Shown: positions 47,979 through 59,162 of the stretch, piece after piece
How the letters are laid out: each line of letters starts with the position of its first letter
Numbering within the stretch: position 1 is the stretch's first letter
Origin: Blasia pusilla
Taxonomy: Eukaryota
Assembly: GCA_050084515.1 (NCBI GenBank)
Contig: CM114271.1
Location: 30,442,001 to 30,506,000 of the forward strand
Direction of reading: 5' to 3'
Length of the DNA: 64,000 nucleotides
Notes under the pieces: generated by a model
What the model was told of the DNA's origin: nothing
The model's database searches: none
What the model saw: the letters and a program-made list of their open reading frames with translations, nothing else
Position numbers and translations under genes: made by a program

Positions 47979-50900
47979 TCATGAATCATGAATCTGGGAA
48001 TCCTGTACTACATACAAATTATCGGGTCTTCTTGAGTACTCATCGGATTGACTACCCTCTGCAACATATCGCTCTTCATCCAACAGACTATCAAGTATGA
48101 CATCTGCAGTGGTTCTCTTTGTAGTAGTGCTGATTTTGTAGTTCTTATGTGGCCTTGTATCAACCAGAGGCCATTCAGACTGTTGAGTATTCTCCTTAGT
48201 TGCCTCGCTTTCATATTGGCTCACGATAGCGTCCAAATCAAGATGATTACATGCATCTGCTTCCAATTCCGCCTCCATGTTCTGATATTTTGATCGTTTC
48301 ACTCTGGGAAAGGACTCCACCTGATTCATTGTTGCTTGGGGTTGATTCTTCCATGTGGAACGTGTGGAATGTGAATTCCTTCTCTGATGCATCCGCTCAA
48401 ACCAACCCATCCGTCGACGCAGCCGACGATCTTGAGAATTGCCTCCAACAAAGGGTTCAGGGAAGTGTTGTCCAATGTTCATTACATTTTTTGGAAGTTC
48501 TGTGTTCGTCTCTATCCGCGCCTTCAGGTTCAGAAGTGAGTCCATATCCTTCTGCAAAAGTACATATAAATGTTCAAGAACACTGCAGAATGGGACTCCA
48601 ATGGTTGTGGCCAAGCATTTTTCCACCATCTCTCGAACATCTTCCTGAGTTGTTGCTTGTGATACAACTGTAGGAGTAGTAGCTTGCACCTCTTCTGGAT
48701 AACCAACACCGTAAGACAAGTTTGATTCCACTGGTGTGTCTCCATGTTGCTCCTGTGCATGCCTTTGCACCATGTTTTCCAACCCACCAGCTTTGCTACC
48801 AAAACGTGTGCCAAGGAAAGACAACAACTCTACTTTAGAGTGCCCACTCAACAGTAAGCACTTCACCTGATACAATTAAAAAAGTCTCAGTAGGCTGCAT
48901 GTAAAATCCTCGTACATCTAGTGCAGGAATAAGACATACTTAATACATAGGACTGTTTGATTTCAGGTGGGACTATAGCTTGGTCACCAAATCTGGGGTG
49001 CAAGAAACACACCTGATGTTTGCACGTGAATCCTTCATTGGCACGAGAGCATGTACAAGCAACATCTTTCTTGTCGTAGTCAACCACATCATGCCAATAG
49101 TCGGGCTTGGAGCAACTCTTCACCATTGCGCATTTCCTCCCATCCACCAATTGAAATGTGACATGGCTCTCTGGGATATCACTTGCCCTTCTAATAGCCA
49201 TGAGAATGACTTTCTGGATTGCCTTGTTCCTCACCATACCCTCTCGTTTCAAAAATCCCAAGTACCAAAAGAAATCTTCTATTTCCCCGCATAAGATCTG
49301 CACAAGCCATATGAGCTTCCTGGTGGGTTTTGTAGGCATGCTAGAAGTGAGATGCATCTTCAGAGTGTGGTGCCACCTTTCTATCGCGGCATTTGTATCT
49401 TGGTTGGATCTTGCATGCTTACGATAGCCCTTTGCCCAAGTAACAATCTTAGGATGCCAATAGTTTAAATAGTATTTCACAAAGTGACGTTCAGTTGCAG
49501 CCCACTTGCGCATGAAACAATACGAGACATCCACAGGATCTGGGACAGGCAACCATTGCTTAATTAATATGAACCCTACTCCCACAACGGACATATCTGA
49601 GAAACAATGAAACAAACTACTATTATTGACTCACATAGAACATACCTTCTTCACGTGAGTACATGATACCACCCAAGTCCCTGTTCATATCGCTTTTGTA
49701 ATTGGACAACGGACTCGTTGGTGCAATTGTTTTTAACCAATTCTTCGACATGCCATAGACACACAGGTCTATGGGAACATCAGGAAGACTTTCTCGATTG
49801 CAGATTGTTCCTCTTTGGAGTCGTCAACTATGAAGCATGACAGTTTCCAACCGGGGCTACCAACCGACGCAAAATCTCTTGTCATATATGTATCTGCCCA
49901 ATCCTTGATATGGGCCAATGCATCCACTAGATCCCGATGTTGATGCCCTGTAAAATGGCCCATACTAGAGGTAATCCGCTCTGAAACTTGTCAAAACCAA
50001 AGAACGTGAATAGCGATACTCGAACATAGAAAAGAGTGTGTTCAGAACCATTTGTTCATGTACATATCTATTAAAGTGAACACAACGTTCCAAATGTTAC
50101 CATTTCTGCCAGATCGTGCAGCAATTTTCAAATGATAGCACAGAAGTAATGTAGCCTATAAACTCCTCTAAGAGAATGACATTACAGTTCTGAGAATGTT
50201 TGAAATTACCTCATATGTGTTTGTGCCATGAGTGGCATCCATGGAGATGGCTCCACCGTTACCAAGATGCAAAAGATTCTGAAGCATCCAAGGTGTAGAA
50301 ATGACCAGGATGAAAGGTTGGCCTAAACTTGAAATGGCCTCCCTGTAGTGTATAACATTTTCAGGATGAGCTGCAAGCCAATGTTGGATTGCAGTGGCGT
50401 CATCGGTTCCATCATACCCCCCTTCGCGTCTTCGCATTGAATGCTTGATATTAAGGATGTCTTGTGGTTTTAACATAGCGTCCCCCGCCCCATGCTTGTG
50501 CCTGATTAGGATTATCGAGAATGTGTTTGGGGAATCCATCTCCTATGCTCCTTCATGATATTTAAGGGGCTCACGTTCACTCATAATAACCGTTCAACAA
50601 AATCCCTACAATGAGAACTCAACTGGGCAATAATAGCATTCGCAATGTCCATGATCTGTCTAAGTCCCCATGGCATATACTGACCCGCCTTATCGACATG
50701 CTTGGAATGCATATGCCTCAACATAGAACACCCAGGCGGTCCTTTGAGGTTACAACGGCAAAGTGAAATTGGCATCCACGCCCCGAGAGACGGCCCAAAG
50801 CCGTGTACTTTGGCTTTACGGCCTACTACCCTTACCTCCCTTGCAGCGCAGGTTTGAATCAAAAACCTCACTTGGCAGAGAGGTCCAGACGGTATTCCTA

Positions 50901-51069
50901 TGATCCTGGGGTCCATATGAACACCAATATCGAACTGTAACATGTATGTTCCCTGATTTGTCGGTATTCCTTTTCCTAAATGTGGTCTAGAAATGTGGTC
51001 TTTGTTCTTCACCATGAATGAAGTCTTCAACCCTATCTGAGGGAATCCATGCCTCTTTTCTATTGCCAT
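47979..51069 (-). pseudogene. MULE/MuDRA-type transposase with SWIM finger (spliced, disrupted)
   Basis: ISMDATHGTN (first D), FIVDDSKEE (second D), TNAAIERWHHTLK (E) and SWIM CTCSRANEGFTCKH. Introns and frameshifts lie between the blocks. Confidence 0.9.
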
Positions 51070-52620
51070 ACCAAATCAAATGCTCGCTCAAAAAAGGACC
51101 AGGGAGAGGGTTTTGGATGACATCGCATTAAAATGCAGTTGAATATTTCTTGAATTTCACCATGGCTATAAGCTGTTCAAGGATTCAAGTGCAGGCTCCA
51201 ATTAAAGTGCAGACTTCAAGTGCAGGCTTAAAGTGTGAATTCTGTCCATTCGACCTGGGCAAGACCGGACAGTACATAAATGGAACCGAACACCAAAATT
51301 ATAGTGCACATAATAATATACATGTTTTCCTGGATTACGATCTAAGCTTTTATCTATCACCATGGCTGAATGTGTGGCACTGATAGCTACTTACGTGCAA
51401 ATTGGCAAATGATACTCACGGACGCAAAGAATCTCTTACATGAAAGTTACGGAGTGGACCCCATCCGCCTAATCCGGCTTGAAATCCGCGGTCCGCAGCT
51501 CGCAGCAGTTCGACTTACAACTAATCAAGCTCGTAATGAAATGCTAATACGCTGATAATCACAGCTAATCACGGTCTCTGCTCTTCCTTGTTCCCTGTTT
51601 CTCCTCGCGCGCCCTTTGTATTCCTCGGTTCCGGGTCTTCCGCTCGTAATCAAATGCTAATCCCTCCGTGTTCGGTTTCTACCGCTCTTCTCCGTTCTTT
51701 CCAAAATGATCGAATCCCCTAATTCCCGCCCTAATACCCGTCGATAAATTCTGTCATTTGAATGGACGGACGAGCGTAAATGCGGACGGACGCCGTCCGT
51801 CTCCGGACTCCGTCCGTCCGATTATCGCCGTCTCGTTTAGATCCGTCCGTCTCCGAATGCTGTCCTCCCTGTCCTCCGTCGCGACCTCTTTACCCTGAGT
51901 CGCGACCTCTCCATACCGGGGCTCCCGAACTGAAACCTAGGCCCGACCGGCTCGAGGTAGACGCTACCCCAGGCGCCTTGAATGCGATTCGGGACAAAGT
52001 ATGGGCTTCAACCATGGGCTTAGGGCGTCCACCTAGCTTTGCATGGCCCCATGAGTGGCGGCCCCCATAATGTATATGGGAGTAACATCTGCTGACGTGG
52101 GACCCTAGAGTTTGGGTAATAGATATAAGGGTAACCATGATGGTCCAACCGGTTTGAAGATGCCCTCGTTTGACTGTCCGTGTCATCGGTCCAACCTCTA
52201 GTTCAAGGTGGGAACCATAGAGTACCCAACTAAATTGGTGGGTGGATTTGTCCCCGGATGACATCACACTTAGATTACATTAACCTACTTGGACCGATTT
52301 CAAATTTCAAATTCGTACATTCCAGATTAAGGATCTATATCAAAAGTGGATTTGGCTCATTAGATCAAAACCCCACGTATCAAAATTATCCGAGCCACTC
52401 CTCAATCAATTATGAAAACAAATGGCTAAGCTTGACCAAAGGGCATGGATTGATAAGCTCACATTTCAATTACTTCAAATCCGATATAATCGTCGTTCAT
52501 CCCATTATAATCATTTTTTGCTCATTCTTAAATAAACCCAAATTATCTTAGGAGCCTAGTCTCCCAACCTTCTCTAAGACTTTCCCTCCTAGTTCGTTGT
52601 TTTAATATGTATTGTCGAAA

Positions 52621-52800
52621 TCTATGTCTATACCTATAATATTATTGGAGAGTGCCCCTTCATTTTACAAACTCTTCTCCTCTTCACACTTAACAATTTC
52701 AGCCATTAGGATCGCTCGCCTTGAACCAATAGGATTGGTCGAAAATGATTTAAAATGCCAATACTTGAAAGTTAATTATGGGAGGTAATTCATTTGAGAT
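52621..52800 (+). mobile_element. Helitron-like 5' end (A|TCTAT...) of the same repeat family as 14064-14245
   Basis: a|tctatgtctatacctataatattattggagagtg, with homology to 14077-14200. Confidence 0.45.
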
Positions 52801-52981
52801 TAATGGTAGGGGGCGGCATATTGTAGGCTTATGAATTAAATATCATTATGGCATTTACACACAAGTCAAGTCTTTTTTCTTTCATCTTTCCTTTCCATAT
52901 GGATTCCACTTATGATATCTTCCCAAATGAATTTCTTCTTCTCTAAAAGGGGCCACAAAATCGAATCTGACTATTAAACCT

Positions 52982-53588
52982 TGTCGTGCGCATACATATC
53001 GCTACACAACATACATTGCTCGTCACATCTACACCACACAACACCGATCTTCCCCACACATGGGTCGATCCACACATGTACAAAAATCAACTCATACATA
53101 TACATGGAGATCACACAACAAAAATAAAGAGTAGTAAAAACGGCATATCCGGCCTAAAACTCCACTCCTCAATCTACATCGGCATATCGAGCCTCGTCCA
53201 CCCTGTGCTATCAAGGAATCCGGACGCTAGCACCCTAGTCCTAGCTCACACATATACAAGGGAGGTGCTCCAACCTCAACATGAGATAGATGGCTTAGGA
53301 AAGCCATCTTCCTCTCTATATAGGTTGGGAAGAGCCTTTTGGCTCTTCCTAAAAATAACCCTTCCTTGATAAACTCGCGCAGGTTGCAGGGGCGGGTGAC
53401 CTGGTCAACAAGTCACCCGGTTGTAAAAGACCTCAACATGAAAGTCGCCAGAAACGACGTTCCTGACACAATGGACCTATCCTCAACCTCATCCGACACT
53501 GTGGGACAAAGTTACACTCAAGATAGTCCGCTCGCTCCTATGCCCTATCCACGATAGATCTCGGCCTATCGACTACTCAGATGTGACA
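52982..53588 (-). mobile_element. Solo LTR (607 bp) of the DNMT/PHD Gypsy family
   Basis: TGTC...GACA termini and a perfect 4-bp TSD acct (52978-52981 and 53589-53592). The terminal 136 bp match 5775-5910. Confidence 0.9.
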
Positions 53589-56215
53589 ACCTTCAATTCT
53601 TACTTCATCATGGTCGCTTGATAAGAAGTTCATCATGAAGACAAGATCCACCAACTTTCAAATAATCTTGTACTAAGTGGGACACCAACTCTAAAACTGA
53701 GGATTTGCATCACTTTTTCATGAGTAGATTTTATTAGAATAGCCAATTGCAATAGGAATTCTAAAATTTTATAAATTCAAAATAAGTTTACTGGGAATGC
53801 TTATGAATGTCTTAAACAATGATTCCTCTGACCTCAATGGAGATTAATCACATTTGCAATCAAGAGGATGCTCCTCTCCCAATGTGGGCGCCACTCTCCT
53901 AGTTGGATCTCAAGCTCCAATTCAACGATGATTAAAAGCTAGCATACCAATTCTATCTAACCTACCCAACCACGTGAGATGGGTGTAGCCTTGCACCGAG
54001 CTTCTTGGAACAACTCCTACGCTTGAATTGGATCTTAAGATCCAATTCATGTGTTATTGGACAACATGTCTTTTCAATATCTAACCGAAAATTCAGTGAA
54101 TCGTCCGGAGTGCTTGTCCCATTTTGAGGAGATCAAGGTTGCATGTGGACAAAGTCCGTGTTCGTGGACATGTCCATATTTGTGGACTTATGTCCGTCCT
54201 ATGGAAGGATTTGTCTGTATGGGCCCCACCTTTCCCTTCTTTCTCATTCTCCTTTCTTGCCTTAGTGTTCCATACTCCCCCATTTCTTCCTCCCTCCTCC
54301 CTCATTGCTCCTCTCATCGTTGTCTTGACTTCCATCATGGACTAAAAGTGTGGATTCCACCTCTTGGAACCCATGTCCGTAGACATGTCCAGATTTGTCC
54401 GTCTTAAGGAAGGACTTGACCATTTTTGTGCAACCATGGAGGAGATGTGCCATAGATTCTTTTCAATTGAATCTAAAGATCCAATTGAAAGTCATTCGAA
54501 ACTACAGTTCCAAATGACCTTAAGCCCATATATGGCACGTTTGACCTCCAAACTTATATCCTCTCCAGGTTACCTTAGGTGGATATCCCTTACTTGTATC
54601 GGAACTATAGTTCGAAATGAATAACAACCCTAAAGGAAACCCTCTCGATTATAAATCACATCTCTTTAAATATCTTGCTCACGATTCAAATCTTAAGTAC
54701 CACCCATTGGTGTAACACCTATCACACAATCTCTAAGAGTGCTATTCCCCTCGGCCTGCCCCAGAGCCCGCCGCGGGTGCCCGCGTCCGCAAGGATTTGG
54801 ACTTTATTTGTGTGCAACCCTAGGAGTGGGTTGGAGCTCATTTGTAACTAGAGTTCCAAATGCTTTTCAATTGGCTCTTAAGATCTGATTTTAGAGGTAG
54901 GAAAAACTCCTTCTATGGGAAACTACAAAACCACCCCAATAGGACCTTTAAAAGTTGCTCTTAGTAGCACCTTGGAAATAGTTAGAGATAGGCGGTGGGT
55001 CAAAGATCCTTTGGAACTAGAGTTCCAAACGCTTTGGAATTGGAGCTTAAGATCTGATTTCGGCGGTAGGTATTTGGAACTATAGTTTTGAATGTTGCTG
55101 AAGTGATTTTTTTGTACCTTTGTTTCTTAGGAGAAGAGGATTCGTGCAATTGATGTGACATGCATAGTAGGCATAAAAGAACCGTCGATGGACTTCAGTT
55201 CATCGACGGATTAGTCCTCTTGTATGGAAAGGACCAACTCAAGAACTTCAAGACAATTATAACAAGATCCATATATGAAAAAATTACTCCCTAAGACATT
55301 AAGTAACAAAGGAAATTGAAAAGAAAAAAATAAAGACATGAGAAGAAAATGAAAGTCATACATCCACTTTTGCAAGGAATAGAAGAAGAATCATGAGGAT
55401 ATTTCATACATCAAAAGACTTAGAAAAGCTAGAGGAACCCTATGACCAAGTGAAGTTTGTTGGAAAGCCAAGCTAGCAAACCATTTAACTATGTAGACAG
55501 CAAACCATTTAACTTATGTGTTCCCTATAGTGCCGTGAATTTGAGTTTGATTAACCATGCCATCCAGCTGAGACTCAAATTAAGAACACACGTAGCACGC
55601 ATCCACTTAATAAGCGATCTCGTTGATTTCATACGATCTTTACTATTCCTATTCGTGTATTGCGCCAAAAGCAGTGTTGCATATTTAGAAGCTAAACGAT
55701 ATTTGCTCTCTTCAAAAGTTCGTCTTGCTTGTCTAATATACGAAACTATATCTAAAGACCGAATCACGATCGAAACTGATCGACATACATGTGGCCGTCT
55801 ATACGAACTCCTATATTCTACGAACGTGTATCCGTTCAAAGTGATCAACACGTGGGTGTGCTTTCGGATGAAACTGATAGTATGTGGGAGAGCTTAACCT
55901 GATAACATTTGGCCGTCGATCAAAGTGAGTCTAGGCCTATGGAAATGAATCCAATCAGATGTTTAAGTTCTAACACTATGATAAGGCGAATTTGAACGAG
56001 CTATGGCACGCACGATAGCCCCACCTGGATGACAGTCGCACATAACTTCACTGAAATGGGGGCAAGAGATCAGATCTCTGGCCCCCCACCCATTTCGAGA
56101 CTGGGAAATCCTGCCGTTCAACCACCCAATTCCCGGAAAGAAGGGCAGCTGCTTTGTTTGCACTAAGTGGAAGGTGCGGTTTACGAATCGCGAGCAGGGT
56201 CACTGCAGTGTTTGT

Positions 56216-56222
56216 TATAAAA
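56216..56222 (+). promoter_or_regulatory. Candidate TATA box of XTH
   Basis: TATAAAA about 180 bp upstream of the ATG. Supported by position only. Confidence 0.3.
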
Positions 56223-56397
56223 GCGCCGCCAACGTCTCCAGAATGTAGCCTGATAAGCGGAAGCAATTTCGTCTTCGAATCCTGTCCCATCATAGCTAGC
56301 GTATCGTTGCTTCCAAGTGAGCTGAGCGTGTGGGCCTTCTCCAATTTTACTCGCTCGCATAGTAGGGCTCCGGGTCTGTTCTCGGAAGACTAGGGAG

Positions 56398-58342
56398 ATG
56401 GGTACCATTGGATACAATACTGTCATGTCAGTGATTTTGGTTTTGATGGCCAGATTAAGTCCTGTAGCACCACAGCCAGAAAAAGTTGTGCCACAGAAGT
56501 TCCAGGAAGATTTCAAGGTATCTTGGTCCCAAGATCACGTCAGAGTGCTCGATGGGGGATCATTGGTTGAGCTGACATTGGACAATAAATCAGGTATGTA
56601 TCTACCTACGCGCATTTGCATCTGTAGTTCTTCGTAGTGTTCCGCACAACATCATGAACGTAGGTTGATTGGATTTTCGATTGCATAGCCACATACAAAT
56701 ACTCAGACCGATAGCTGCAACGATCTGGAACTCGAAAACGAGCACATTAATTTGGATTGGAGCAATGGATAGCATGACAGTCGATCCCAATCGCGCAGGA
56801 TCTGGACTTCAGTCGGTTTCGGAATACACGTATGGTTACTTCTCCGTCAGCATGAAACTTGTTGCGAACAACTCAGCCGGGACAGTAATTTCATTTTACG
56901 TAAGATTTACCCTGCCACATACGTACTCCTCGAAGTATGGAAAGGCCTTCATTTTTTTTTCCCCCTAGATGCGCTCACAGGACGCACAGTGTTTGGATGA
57001 GTTTCTAGCAAACGGTGTTCATCTACGCGCCTCGATGAGTTTTTTTCATATGAACAAGACTTTGGTTTAAGGTTGAGAGCTCGTTCGTTGAAACTCACCC
57101 ATCGCTGCGTTGGTTACCACAGTTGTTTTCTAGCGGGGACAATCACGACGAGGTGGATTATGAGTTTCTGGGAAACTCCACTGGAGAACCGTATACTCTG
57201 CAAACAAACGTTTTCGCCAATGGCATAGGTGAAAGAGAGGAACGAACCAGCCTCTGGTTCGACCCGACTACTGCATTCCACTCCTACACGTTCTTGTGGA
57301 ATCACGTGCAGATTGTGTAAGTCGATCGATCTTGTCGGTAATTTTACATGTAAGCGTCGAACATAATATTCAGCTGAAAAGGCATTCGGGATTGCCAGAG
57401 TTCTATAAACCTGCGCAATCCCCGTCGAGCTGCATAACGTAATGAATGCGAGATTCTTGGGCTCATCCTGTTCTCCTACATCCGACCCAAGAATGTGAAC
57501 GGGAATTTCTCGTGTACAGCAATTGATAAGACACTTCCCGGTTTGGATTGTGCAGCATGGTTGTCGATGACATTCCCATCCGAATATTCAGAAACCTGCA
57601 GTCTCTGAATGCGACACTGTACTATCCGTCGTTGCGGCCTATGGGACTGTACTCCAGTCTCTTCGACGCGAGCTCATGGGGTACTCGCGGCGGTCTGGTG
57701 AAGATCGATTACAGCGCAGGACCGTTCGTCGGAAGCTACTCGGATTTCAAAGTGGACGCTTGCCGCAACTACTTGAAGAACGATATCAACAGCACCATGC
57801 AGGCCGACGGCACCACGCCGATCGACGGCGAGTGCTACCCGACTTGTCCTGACGGCTCCGCGCCGTGGGAGGCCGACTGCGGCCGGACGTGCGACGACGG
57901 GTCCACGCCGTTGGACACGAATTGCACTCTGGTGTGCGACGACGGTACCCTAACGGCCGACTGCGTTCCGTTTTGCGCTGACGGTGCCATGCCCACCACG
58001 CACTGCGATTCATCTTGCGACGACGGTTCCGAGCCGACGGCCCATTGCAGTCCAAACTGCGCTGACGGTACCGCGCCCACTAACGTTTGCGGGGACCCGA
58101 CTTGCGCCGACGGTACTATGCCGACCCCCTGCAATCAGACGAGTAGTTCTTGCGCCACGGACTGGCAAAACAATTGGTGGGAGGGAGAGGCGTTCACGAA
58201 CCTCAATGCCTCGCAGAGAACCCAAATGCTCGAAATTCGCAGTAAGTACATGATTTACGGGTACTGCACAGACAGCCGCAGGAACCCCACAGTTCCCTTT
58301 GAGTGTCCCTACAACAATCTGGAAACAGCGGCGGGATCTTAG
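56398..58342 (+). CDS. XTH: Xyloglucan endotransglucosylase/hydrolase (GH16), 425 aa; exons 56398-56593, 56799-56899, 57123-57316, 57556-58342
   Basis: Signal peptide, catalytic [11 protein letters not shown] with an adjacent N-glycosylation site, WGTRGG and C-terminal [11 protein letters not shown]...PFEC. All introns are GT-AG, with typical 101- and 194-nt internal exons and an intact frame. Confidence 0.97.
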
Positions 58343-59162
58343 AGGTCGATTCCCTGCGAGGGGTCGGGGATTTTTCGGCCCCAAACTTTTGGGCGCAGGA
58401 AAATCCTCTCTCATTTGAATATTTAACCATTGGAACCGTTCTTATGTGTGTACGACAACGTCGTCACGAGTAAAAGGACTCTCCACGGAATCGATACCTC
58501 AGAAGCCACGGCTCTGCATGTGCATCTCGCCGGCGAGCGTGACTCCGAGGTCCCTGAAGCGAGTTCTGCTGTAGATTTTGGAAAATGATATCTCGCAGCT
58601 TCAGTTAAAAGCTTTATGGAGGTCGCAAGATAAACCATTCCCGACAGTTGCGTAAACGGGAAGTTGCGTCACCGCTGTTCGACTCCTTCGAGCAGAGGGT
58701 GAACACTGACTAGTTATGGCTATGTTTAGAACCATTTCGATGAAAAAAAAACGAGTGATGGAAACCCATCGGAAGTACAAAAGAGGGGACTCAAAGAGTC
58801 AAAACCTGAAGGCCACAACAAGACCAGAAAAGGAAGAAGGGGGCATTCCCCCCTAACAACGAAACTCACCAAAAGCAATGTGGATCGACTTGGCTATGTC
58901 TCATAGCTATGTGTATAGTGTAACTTTGTTGCACTAAATAAATGCTCTTCGCGTATGGGAAACCAAAGTTATGACAAAAGCCATAAACAAACAGAGATTC
59001 CTTTTATGCTTTGTATCCAAGGCTTGTATTGATATATCCACATTATTATAAAATAAACCTCAAAAGAGGACAAAGAAAGGTAATAATATCTCACAAGAGG
59101 AGACAAAAAATGCATAAAAGAATGCAAAAAGAAAATGGCAACAAGCCAACGCAAACACCGGC

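Larger units (their letters stand above)
39500..52066 (-). mobile_element. Mutator-like (MULE) DNA transposon, ~12.5 kb, with long TIRs
   Basis: ~39530-39790 is the inverted copy of ~51770-52020 (shared blocks such as ttcgggagccccgg..atggagaggtcgcgac..agggtaaagaggtcgcgacggag). These enclose a MULE transposase. The outer ends are approximate and no TSD was found. Confidence 0.82.

Noticed and set aside
55182-55209. Small hairpin ccgtcgatg...catcgacgg
   Set aside because: It is short, and its spacing to the following ttag does not fit a Helitron 3' end; it could be chance.
57786-58430. Antisense and alternative-frame ORFs over XTH exon 4
   Set aside because: They are shadows of a GC-rich coding exon.
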